This document shows, one piece after another, positions 51,538 to 62,699 of a DNA stretch of 64,000 nucleotides. The notes under the pieces are model-generated. The model ran no database searches and was not told where the DNA came from. It saw only the letters and a list, made by a program, of their open reading frames with translations. A program made the position numbers and the translations under genes. Source of the DNA: Octopus vulgaris (taxonomy: Eukaryota); the NCBI GenBank assembly GCA_951406725.2, contig OX597815.1:58900001-58964000 (forward strand). Direction: 5' to 3'. Within the stretch, counting starts at the first letter, position 1. Every line of letters starts with the position of its first letter.

Positions 51538-51587
51538 TTTGTCAAAATATTTTCGTCGCTAAAATCCGCGACCTGTTCACTGACAAA
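51538..51587 (-). ncRNA. Hammerhead-like fold with G3-C8 variant core
   Basis: The minus strand reads TTTGTCA-GTGAACA-G-GTCGC GGATTTTA GCGAC-GAAA ATAT TT-TGACAAA: stem I 7 bp, stem II 5 bp. Confidence 0.55.
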
Positions 51588-51672
51588 GTCCGTGCTGCAT
51601 CATGTATATATATGTATACATGTATACATATATGTATACATATATATATATGTATACATACATATATATATA

Positions 51673-51714
<42 letters not shown>

Positions 51715-51724
51715 ATATATATTT

Positions 51725-52135
51725 CTTTTTTCTTATTTTTTTTACTTGTTTCAGTCATTTTGACTGCGGCCATGCTGGAGCACCACCTTTAATTGAGCAA
51801 CTCGACCCCGGGACTTATTCTTTGTAAGCCCAGTACTTATTCTATCGGTCTCTTTTGCCGAACCGCTAAGTGATGGGGACATAAACACACCAGCATCGGT
51901 TGTCAAGCAACGCTAGGGGGACAAACACAGACACACAAACATATACGCACATACATATATATACATATATATGACAGGCTTCTTTCAGTTTCCATCTACC
52001 AAATCCACTCACAAGGCTTTGGTCGGCCTGAGGCTATAGTAGAAGACACTTGCCCAAGGTACCACACAGTGGGACTGAACCCGGAAACACGTGGTTGGTA
52101 AACAAGCTACTTACCACACAGCCACTCCTGCATCT
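51725..52135 (-). mobile_element. Full-length tRNA-derived SINE with CR1-type tail
   Basis: Same family as 34996-35400. The 20-mer at its 5' junction, GCCACTCCTGCATCTATATG, is triplicated at 52121-52180. Confidence 0.9.
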
Positions 52136-52331
52136 ATATGGCCACTCCTGCGTCTATATGGCCACTCCTGCATCTATATATATATATATATATATATAGA
52201 TATCATATATATATGTTATATAATTTATACTATATATATATATATCATAGAGATAAGAAAATAATATTTTGAATGCAGTATTGCTGTGAAAATAGCAGAA
52301 AGATTGAGTATTTTACTTTATGTGACTGGAA

Positions 52332-53025
52332 AAGTTGTCAGCAGAATGCCATGGGACTCAAACCTGCACCCTTCAAGGATTGGTTGAATACTCTGCCATT
52401 CAGCTAAACTGCTGACAACAAATTCCATCAAATTAAACACTCAATACATAGCTTCTTTGAAATGCACCAACATGTTTTATATCCTGATGTTGGATAAATA
52501 ATTTAAGAAAGCAGATGGAAAGAAAGTATTCACACAAAACACTAGTATTACTGTTACATGATGTTAAATGCTCTCTGCCAAAAACTAGCAGTATTCACAC
52601 TACATATCATTACTGTTACACAAGGTTAAATGCTCTCTGCCAACAGCTCACTGTGAACTGCTTAACAATCAATTGCTCACTGTTCTTTATTTTATAGCAG
52701 TGTGTTAGTCTACTTTTAGACACTTGAGGTGGTCAGAATACTTCCACAACAATATGAAAACAAATTTTTTTGTATTGTATCATACAGACAAGAAAATAAT
52801 ATTCTGAATGCAGTATAGCCATAAAAATAGAGATAAGGTTTGACACTTCCAAAAACAAAGTAAGTTTGTTTACATATGTTGTTGCATTTCAAATAAGCTA
52901 TGTATTTAGTGTTTAATTTGATGGAATTTGTTGTCAGTGGGCAATAGTAGAATACTTAATAGTAGAGTACTCAGCCAGTATCTGAGAGGTGCAGGTTTAA
53001 CCCCTTGGCTGTCTGCTGACAACTT
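52332..53025. repeat. Inverted repeat whose arms contain outward-facing tRNA-like sequences
   Basis: 52332-52474 is the imperfect reverse complement of 52876-53025. The left arm on the minus strand has A-box TAGCTGAATGG and B-box GGTTTGAGTCCC. Confidence 0.7.
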
Positions 53026-53272
53026 ATATCATCATCATCATCATCATCATCGTTTAACGTCCGTTTTCCGCGCTAGCATGGGTTGGACGGTTTCGACCGG
53101 GGTCTGGGGAGCTCGGGACTGCCCCAGGCTCCAGTCTAGTCTGGCAGTGTTTCTACAGCTGGATGCCCTTCCTAACGCCAACCACTCCGCGAGTGTAGTG
53201 GGTGTTTTTTACGTGCCACCTGCACAGGTGCCAGAGGGGTCTGGCATCGGCCACGTTCGGATGGTGCTTTTT

Positions 53273-54385
53273 ATGGAGGGGGTGCAGAAATATAGGGGAG
53301 CACCAGTGGGAGGGGTGGTTCAGAGGACAGGTACTAGGCAAGTAGAACGTAGGATATCGAGAGAGGGGTAATGCATGGTGAAATAGCGTATTGAAGAGGG
53401 GGTTCAAAGAGTAGACACCTATAATGGTGGTGGGGGGTGCAGAAATATAGGGGAGCACCAGTGGGAGGGGTGGTTCAGAGGACAGGTTCTAGGCAAGTAG
53501 AACGTAGGATATCGAGAGAGGGGTAATGAATGGTGAAATAGCGTATTGAAGAGGGGGGTTCAAAGAGTAGACACCTATAATGGTGGTGGGGGGGGTGCAG
53601 AAATATAGGGGAGCACCAGTGGGAGGGGTGAGCACCAGTGGGAGGGGTGGTTCAGAGGACAGGTTCTAGGCAAGTAGAACGTAGGATATCGAGAGAGGGG
53701 TAATGCATGGTGAATAGCGTATTGAAGAGGGGGGTTCAAAGAGTAGACACCTATAATGGTGGGGGGGTGCAGAAATATAGGGGAGCACCAGTGGGAGGGG
53801 TGGTTCAGAGGACAGGTTCTAGGCAAGTAGAACGTAGGATATCGAGAGAGGGGTAATGCATGGTGAAATAGCGTATTGAAGAGGGGGTTCAAAGAGTAGA
53901 CACCTATAATGGTGGGGGGTGGTGCAGAAATATAGGGGAGCACCAGTGGGAGGGGTGGTTCAGAGGACAGGTTCTAGGCAAGTAGAACGTAGGATATCGA
54001 GAGAGGGGTAATGCATGGTGAAATAGCGTATTGAAGAGGGGGTTCAAAGAGTAGACACCTATAATGGTGGTGGGGGGTGCAGAAATATAGGGGAGCACCA
54101 GTGGGAGGGGTGGTTCAGAGGACAGGTTCTAGGCAAGTAGAACGTAGGATATCGAGAGAGGGGTAATGCATGGTGAAATAGCATATTGAAGAGGGGGTTC
54201 AAAGAGTAGACACCTATAATGGTGGTGGGGGGTGCAGAAATATAGGGGAGCACCAGTGGGAGGGGTGGTTCAGAGGACAGGTTCTAGGCAAGTAGAACGT
54301 AGGATATCGAGAGAGGGGTAATGCATGGTGAAATAGCGTATTGAAGAGGGGGGTTCAAAGAGTAGACACCTATAATGGTGGTGGG
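53273..54385. repeat. ~155-bp G-rich minisatellite, 7 units
   Basis: GCAGAAATATAGGGGAGCACC recurs at about 53284, 53439, 53597, 53769, 53924, 54079 and 54233. Confidence 0.95.
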
Positions 54386-54462
54386 AGAAACGACATCTGG
54401 TATAGTTGGAGCAAAATAGAGATATCCGGTATTGGTGGTGGGGGTGGGTAGGGTGGGCGCGC

Positions 54463-56329
54463 CGCGAAGAATCGGCAGCCAATTTCTAATCAGCCCTGTA
54501 AGGGAGATAGATCTTAAATATCTATAATGATAACTAGTGAATTATACAGAATATGCAAAAACGAGGCGAGGCTGAAATAGTAAACAGAGTGGCGACTAGG
54601 GGGATCAGAATAATAATAATTAATAAATAATAATAATAAATAGAGATACGGATGAATTAAAGTTCAAAGATTTCTTATCTTGGGATCACTTCGTTTACGG
54701 ACAGACTTGGCAAAAGGAATTCGGAATCAAGAATGAGGCAGGTTACTAGCTTAAGTATGCATAGCCATGGCGAGGGGTAGGAAGAGAGGAGTCCAGACAG
54801 ACGACAATGTAAAAAGAAGGGGAGAGAAGGGAAGAGAAAAACCCCGCGAAGAATCGGCAGCCAATTTCTAATCAGCCCTGTAAGGGAGATAGATCTTAAA
54901 TATCTATAACGATAACTAGTGAATTATACAGAATATGCAAAAACGAGGCGAGGCTGAAATAGTAAACAGAGTGGCGACTAGGGGGATCAGAATAATAATA
55001 ATTAATAAATAATAATAATAAATAGAGATACGGATGAATTAAAGTTCAAAGATTTCTTATCTTGGGATCACTTCGTTTACGGACAGACTTGGCAAAAGGA
55101 ATTCGGAATCAAGAATGAGGCAGGTTACTAGCTTAAGTATGCATAGCCATGGCGAGGGGCAGGAAGAGAGGAGTCCAGACAGACGACAATGTAAAAAGAG
55201 GGGAGAGAAGGGAAGAGAAAAACCCCGCGAAGAATCGGCAGCCAATTTCTAATCAGCCCTGTAAGGGAGATAGATCTTAAATATCTATAACGATAACTAG
55301 TGAATTATACAGAATATGCAAAAACGAGGCGAGGCTGAAATAGTAAACAGAGTGGCGACTAGGGGGATCAGAATAATAATAATTAATAAATAATAATAAT
55401 AAATAGAGATACGGATGAATTAAAGTTCAAAGATTTCTTATCTTGGGATCACTTCGTTTACGGACAGACTTGGCAAAAGGAATTCGGAATCAAGAATGAG
55501 GCAGGTTACTAGCTTAAGTATGCATAGCCATGGCGAGGGGTAGGAAGAGAGGAGTCCAGACAGACGACAATGTAAAAAGAGGGGGAGAGAAGGGAAGAGA
55601 AAAACCCCGCGAAGAATCGGCAGCCAATTTCTAATCAGCCCCGTAAGGGAGATAGATCTTAAATATCTATAACGATAACTAGTGAATTATACAGAATATG
55701 CAAAAACGAGGCGAGGCTGAAATAGTAAACAGAGTGGCGACTAGGGGGATCAGAATAATAATAATTAATAAATAATAATAATAAATAGAGATACGGATGA
55801 ATTAAAGTTCAAAGATTTCTTATCTTGGGATCACTTCGTTTACGGACAGACTTGGCAAAAGGAATTCGGAATCAAGAATGAGGCAGGTTACTAGCTTAAG
55901 TATGCATAGCCATGGCGAGGGGCAGGAAGAGAGGAGTCCAGACAGACGACAATGTAAAAAGAGGGGGAGAGAAGGGAAGAGAAAAACCCCGCGAAGAATC
56001 GGCAGCCAATTTCTAATCAGCCCTGTAAGGGAGATAGATCTTAAATATCTATAACGATAACTAGTGAATTATACAGAATATGCAAAAACGAGGCGAGGCT
56101 GAAATAGTAAACAGAGTGGCGACTAGGGGGATCAGAATAATAATAATTAATAAATAATAATAATAAATAGAGATACGGATGAATTAAAGTTCAAAGATTT
56201 CTTATCTTGGGATCACTTCGTTTACGGACAGACTTGGCAAAAGGAATTCGGAATCAAGAATGAGGCAGGTTACTAGCTTAAGTATGCATAGCCATGGCGA
56301 GGGGTAGGAAGAGAGGAGTCCAGACAGAC

Positions 56330-56332
<3 letters not shown>
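54463..56332. repeat. 382-bp tandem repeat, ~4.9 near-identical units
   Basis: CGCGAAGAATCGGCAGCC at 54463, 54845, 55226, 55608 and 55990. Confidence 0.97.
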
Positions 56333-56381
<49 letters not shown>

Positions 56382-56624
56382 CTTGTAAATATGTTTCAGA
56401 ATATTTGAACCCATAAGAAGGTAATTCACTATATTTTGGCTGCTATTTCTAAATTTTTGGTATGTGTTGAAGCAACTTGTTGCTAAATCCTTAATTTTAT
56501 ATATATATAATTTTGTCTTAGATTGTCTGACTGAAAACTCCCAGATTTTTCAAGTCTATTTTACTATTATCAATATTTGCTGTCTCGTTAAATATGCTAT
56601 GCAGATCCCAAAAGAATATTTTCC

Positions 56625-59600
56625 TCCCTCTCTCTCTCTCTCTCTCTATTTCAGTCTGTCTCTCTCTCCCTCTCTCGATTACCACTCACCTCGCCAAGAC
56701 TTCCGCCAACACCACCACACATAAACCAGCGCATGCAGAAGATGCTTGCCTCTAAACTTCCTAGTTCGAGATGCGCCCACCCTACCACCCCCTCCACCTG
56801 TACCGGAAGTTCCTATCATTCCTATCCTCTGTCATACTTCATTGTCTCCCATGTATACTTCTAAAGGCTTTATGCCCTTCCCACCCCTACTTAAGGCTAT
56901 CTCCTATGTAAGGTAGTGATCATATAGTGCAAAAATATGATAGTGTAGTGTATGCAGGTTGTACTGAAGGCTATTGTATTGTTTGTTTATGAATTCTGCC
57001 AAATGTGAGCTTTCTTTTCAGGTACATGAAGCTACTGTCCCCCATCCCAGGGTCTCACGGGCCCATACCTCCCACACCCTCAGGGTTGACACTCTCTCAA
57101 CATTGGCACACTGAAAGGTAAGTCTGGTGAGATTGTTGAGATGCTTGACCGGAGATGTGTCGATATGTGCTACATCCAAGAAGTAAGGTGGAGAGGAGTT
57201 TCTGCTAGGTTCCTCACAGGCAAAGAACAAAAGTACAAGATTTTCTGGGTGGAGAACACTGTCGGGGTTGGGAGTGTGGGTATACTTCTTGCTGAGAAAT
57301 GGGTAGATAAGGTAATCAAGGTAGTCAGAGTATGCTACAGAATACTTAAGATTAGATTAGTGCTTCATCATAGGTTAGCAACCATTATCTTGGCCTATGC
57401 CTCTCAGCCAGGGCTACCCGATGGACAGAAAGACCGATTCTATGACACCCTCTTGCAGACTACCGCGTTGACGAATGACAGGGACCTTCTGTTTGTGGCT
57501 GGTGACTTCAATGGACATGTTGGACAACATACAGGGGGCTTCCATGGCGTACATGGGGGCTACGGTTATGGTTCCTGCAACGGGAAGGGAACCAGGCTGC
57601 TGGAGTTTTGCAATGCAAATGATCTTATGGTTTGCAAAACTAACTTCAGGAAACCTGCCAGTTACCTAGTCACCTACTGATCTGGCAGACACAATAGTCA
57701 AATTGACTACATCCTCACCTGAAAAAGGGAAAGATGGCTGCTTATAAAAGCCAAAACCTTCCCAGGCGAAGAATGTACCCCACAACATAGACTGGTAGTT
57801 AGTGACTTTAGGATCCGGGCTAAGTGGATGCCCAGAAGACGACCAGCATGGAGGAGAAGCGTTTGGAAGCTTAAAGATCCTGCGAATGGACAGAGATTTA
57901 GAGACATATTACTCAAAGCCTTTGACAAAATAGAAGACAACTTGAGGTTTCTATGGGACAACCTGCTGAGAGCCACTGACCAGATCTGTGGATGGTGCAA
58001 AGTCCCCTCTCGACTCAAAATAACGTGGTTTTGGAACGATGTTGTAGACAGGGCTATTAGAGAAAAGAAACAGGCTTGGAAGAACGGTGGTAGCAGGGAA
58101 TTGTATCAGAATGCCAGAAGGGAAGCTAGGAGACAGCTTTATTTAGCCAGAGGGGAAGCAGGTAAGAAAAACTTTGCCAATGTTCTGCAGACTTGAGGTA
58201 TTTCCTGTTGCAAGACAGTGTGTGAGAGAGAATCCTGATGTTGTAGGAGAGAAATGTGTCCGCATGGATGATGGTTCTCTTGCACTAAATGAGGATGCAA
58301 AGAGAGAGGTTTGGAGACGCCACTATGAAAGGTTGCTGAATAAAGAAAATAAATGGGAGAAAGAGAGTCTGCCGAATGTCGACCCAACAGAGGGATCAGA
58401 TATCCAAGTTGAGAGTACCTTGGTAGATAAAGCAATTAAGAGTATGAAGACAGGGAAAGCCCCTGACCTATCAGGAATTACTGCAGAGATGCTCAAAATA
58501 TCTGGCAGTGTTGGCTATAGCCTAGTCACCCGTATAGTTAACCAGGTGATACATGAAGGAGTCATACTCAATGACTGGTGTAGCAGCATAATAGTCAACT
58601 GCTACAAAAGTAAAGGTGACGCTTTAGATACAAATAATTATAGAGGTATCAAGCTGTTGGATCAGGTAATGAAGGTCACAGAGAGGGTCATAGCTCAACT
58701 AATTAAGGAGAGAGTCAGTCTAGATGAGATGCAGTTTGGGTTCACACCATTGATGCTATATTTCTGGTAAGACAGCTGCAGGAGAAATACCTAGTCAAAG
58801 ATAAACCCCTGTACCTGGCTTTCATTGACATGGAGAAAGCCTTTGAGAGCTGTTGGTAGATGTTGTGGCCTATGAGAGGGGTGTAACCAGCCCACTTATA
58901 TAATGCTGTTGAGGCAAGTGAAATCCCTTATCTGGTGGTCATTGAGGAAACTAGGGGTAGATGAATGGTTAGTGAGAGCTGTGCAAGCCATGTACAGGGA
59001 CGCTGTCAGTAAGGTGTGAGTTGGCAACGAGTACAGTGAAGAATTCAGGGTAGAGGTAGGGGTCCACCAAGGTTTGGTCCTCAGCCACCTCCTATTCATC
59101 ATAGTCCTCTAGGCAATAACGGAGGAATTCAAGACAGTATGCCCCTGGGAGCTCCTCTATGCTGATGACCTTGCTCTAATTGCTGAGTCACTATCAGAAC
59201 TAGAGGAGAAGTTTCAAGTGTGGAAACAAGGATTAGAATCGAAGGGCCTTAGAGTCAACCTAACTAAAACCAAAATCCTAATAAGTAGGAAGGCAGGCAA
59301 ACCACAAATCCCTTCAGGTAGATGGCCCTTCTCAATCTGTAGAAAAGGTGTAGGTAGAAACTTTATAAGACATACCCAGTGTAAGCTATGGACACATAAG
59401 AGGTGCTGCAATATCAAAGGAAGGCTAACTGGGAAGATAGTTTTTGTATGTGGCAGATGCTCAGGAGCAATAAACACTGAAAATGCACAGAGAACAACTT
59501 CCGACACATTCCAGGGAGAAAAACTAGAAGTAGTTTATAGCTTCTGTTACCTAGGTAACCAAGTGAGTAGCAGGGGAGGGTGCGCTGAATGTGTAGCTGC

Positions 59601-60657
59601 TAGAATAAGAATAGCCTGGGCAAAGTTCAGAGAGCTTTTACCTCTGCTGGTGACAAAGAGCCTCTCGCTCAGAGTAAAAGGTAGACTGTATGACACATGT
59701 GTACGAACAGCCATGCTACATGGGAGTGAAACATGGGCCGTGACTGCTGAGGACATGCATAAGCTCACAAGGTATGAAGCCAGTATGATTCGATGGATGT
59801 GTAATGTCAGTGTGCATACTCGACAGAGTGGTAGTACCTTGAGAGAAAAGTTGAGCCTAAGAAGCATCAGATGTGGTGTGCAAGAGAGACGACTGCGCTG
59901 GTATGGCCATGTGGTGAGAATGGATGAGGATAGCTGTGTGAAAAAGTGCCACACCCTAGTGGTTGAGGGAACTTGTGGAAGAGGTAGACCCAGGAAGACC
60001 TAGGATGAAGTAGTGAAGCATGACCAACAAACATTGGGCCTTACCGAGGCAATGACTAGTGACCGGGACCTTTGGAAATATGCTGTCCTTGAGAAGACTC
60101 AGCAAGCTCAAGTGAGACCTTAACCTTGTGGCCTATGAGAGGGGTGTAACCAGCCCACTTATATAATGCTGTTGAGGCAAGTGAAATCAAAATCGAAATC
60201 AAATTCGATGACTTGCATCCATGCTAGTGGAGCGCTAAGAGTGTGATTGTTGCCAGAGCAACAAGCTGGCCTCCGTGTCGGTGGAATGTAAAAAGCACCA
60301 TTTGCGCATGATCGTTACCTGCGTCGTCTTACTGGCACTTGTGCTGGTGGCATGTGAAAAAGCAGTCAAGTAAGGTCATTGCCAGTGCCGCTGGAGTGGC
60401 TCCTGTGCAGGTGGCATATAAAAAGCACCATTTGAGTGTGGCCGTTGCTAGTACCGCCTGACTGGCACTCATGCCAGTGGCACATAAAAGCACCCACTAC
60501 ACTCTCAAAGTGGTTGGCGTTAGGAAGGGCATCCAGCTGTAGAAACTCTGCCAGATCAGATTGGAGCCTGGTGGAGCCATCTGATTCACCAGTCCTCAGT
60601 CAAATCGTCCAACCCATGCTAGCATGGAAAGCGGACGTTAAACAATGATGATGATGA
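56625..60657 (+). mobile_element. Near full-length, degenerate RTE-clade LINE (5' UTR, APE, RT, Cys-rich finger, 3' UTR, (GAT)n tail)
   Basis: EN motifs IQEVRW, GVG, AGDFNGHVG and QIDYIL. RT motifs NYRGIKLL, QFGF and YADD. C-terminal GRGRPRKT; tail GATGATGATGA. Several stops and frameshifts. Confidence 0.93.
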
Positions 60658-60674
60658 GATGATATATATATATA

Positions 60675-60716
<42 letters not shown>

Positions 60717-60829
60717 ATGAACTCTCCCATCATTAGAAGGTTCAACAATTTCTTACTGAACAACCACAAAGATGATTTGTTTATAGTGATCAAATGTTTG
60801 TGTAGACATAAGCTCACTCCCTCCATCAA

Positions 60830-61005
60830 ACTGACATTACCTGTGCAGGTGCAACTGGGTATCACATATCAGATGTCGAAATAATTGCAGAGCAACATGA
60901 AATGAAGCGCTTTGCTCAAGAACACAATGCAACGCCCGGTCTGGGAGTTGAATCCATGATCTCGCAATTCTGAGTGGAACACCCTAACACTAAGCTATGT
61001 GCCTT
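60830..61005 (-). mobile_element. tRNA-derived SINE 5' fragment of another family
   Basis: The minus strand reads TAGCTTAGTGTTAGGGTG...GGATTCAACTCCC...TTGTGTTCTTGAGCAAAGCGCTT. Confidence 0.65.
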
Positions 61006-61029
61006 CTCACACACACACACACATTACCA

Positions 61030-61250
61030 ATTGACAATCGGTGTTGGTGTGTTCCCCCATTACTGCTTAACAACTAGTGTTGGTGTGTTTACGTCCCCGT
61101 AACTTTGCAGTTTAGCAAAAGAGACTGTTAGAATAAGTACCACGTTTAAAAACTAAGTACTGGGGTCAATTCATTTGACTAAAAAAAATCCAAGGCAGTG
61201 CGCCAGCATGGCCACAGTCTAATGACTGAAACAAGTAAAAGATAAAAGAT
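61030..61250 (+). mobile_element. SINE 3' half with CR1-type tail
   Basis: ...CCAGCATGGCCACAGTCTAATGACTGAAACAAGTAAAAGATAAAAGA. Confidence 0.8.
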
Positions 61251-61414
61251 ACATGTACTTCACCGTCATTCCTTCGCTTCACACTTACAACATTTACCAG
61301 GAGAATGACCACTAGATAGACATGAGAAAGAGAGAGAGCATTTCATGTAGGTTTCTGGTAGAGGTTCTAGGAGAAAGACTTCTGAATTAGGTGGTGGGTG
61401 AGTGTTGGGTAGGC

Positions 61415-62445
61415 ACATCATGAATAACCAAGCAGCATAACTGCCCCATGCCAAAGATATAAGGCTATATAAAATAGCCAAAGAAAATGAAAATGTGAAA
61501 AAAGCACATTTTCACCAGCATTTGCCTAATGTAACCACTATTTAACATACAACATGAGAAAAGTGAGTTATTCGACATAATATGAGTGAGATGAAATGAC
61601 ATGAAAATTAAAGCCAGGAAAGAAAAGATGAAATTGCTTATTTGAACATTAGAACTGCTTAACTTTACTATTTACTGCATAGCATGGAAATAAACAGGGT
61701 TTTATATATAAATGAATGAGATGAAGTGATGTAAGAATCCAAACAAAATTGAAAGCCAAAAAAAAGCACGTTTTAACTAGGATTGCTTAACGCAGCTACT
61801 ATTTAACTTATAGCATGGAAATATGCGAAATTTTAGACGTAATATGAATGAGATGAAATGACATGAGAATAAAGCTAGGAAAGAAACAATGAAATTGCTT
61901 ATTTGAACATTAGGTTTGCTTAACTTTGCTATTTAACACATAGCATGGAAATAAACAAGGCTTTATAGATAATTTGAGTGAGATGAAATGACATGAGAAT
62001 CAAAGTTAGGAAAAGAAAACAAAATTGCTTACCTTAACATTTCTTCTTCATACACGTCTATTTTGTATGACTAGAATTGCAAAAATGAGGTAGAACTTTA
62101 GGAAGCTATTTTACATGGAGTGGAGATAATACCCTTGTGCTGAAGTCAAAAGAGCCAACAGGTGTCATGAACAACCAAAGCAACATGGCTGCCCCAAGCC
62201 ATATATGAGGCCATATAAAATATTCAAACAAAACGAAAAGCAAAAAAAAGCACATTTTTGCTAGGATTGCTTAATGTAACCACTATTTATATTGAAACAA
62301 GCAAGGTTTTAGAAATAATATGAGTGAGATGAAATGACGTGGGAATTAAAGCTGGGAAAGGAAAAAAAACAAATATGCTTATTTGAACATTTGTATTGCT
62401 TAACGTTACACATAGCATGGAAATAAACAAGGCTTTATAGATAAT
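61415..62445. repeat. Old ~125-bp minisatellite with a higher-order ~750-bp duplication
   Basis: Recurrent GAGATGAAATGACATG, GCATGGAAATAAACA and TGCTTATTTGAACATT motifs; 61418-61545 resembles 62165-62290. Confidence 0.75.
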
Positions 62446-62650
62446 ATTTAAAAGATTGATTATTATGACTGGTCAGAGAAAGTGCTTAGCTGTATAAGTG
62501 ACTTGTCAGACTCAAATTGCTAGAGGCACATAACCCCTCAAACGGCCTCCTGCCATTTGAGTCTGACAAGTCACCTATACAGCTAAGCACTTTATAGGTG
62601 CAAAAACAATGGTCACTCTGATCAGCCATAACAATCAGCTTTCTAAATAT
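62444..62650. repeat. Fold-back with a 39-bp near-perfect stem
   Basis: 62479-62517 pairs with 62555-62593 (1 mismatch); outer arms at 62444-62478 and 62616-62650. Confidence 0.88.
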
Positions 62651-62699
62651 ATTTCTGCTCTATTTTAGGGTGTACTTCTTTTTTGAGTATATGAACTAC

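Larger units (their letters stand above)
53029..56332 (-). mobile_element. Composite non-autonomous RTE-derived element 2 (about five 382-bp 5' monomers, seven ~155-bp VNTR units, RTE 3' UTR, (GAT)n tail)
   Basis: (CAT)n plus RTE 3' UTR at 53029-53272, VNTR at 53273-54385, linker at 54386-54462, monomers at 54463-56332. Confidence 0.78.

Noticed and set aside
53273-56332. Tandem arrays as CRISPR or coding repeats
   Set aside because: There are no unique spacers and no cas genes, the context is eukaryotic, and the unit ORFs are short and stop in each unit.
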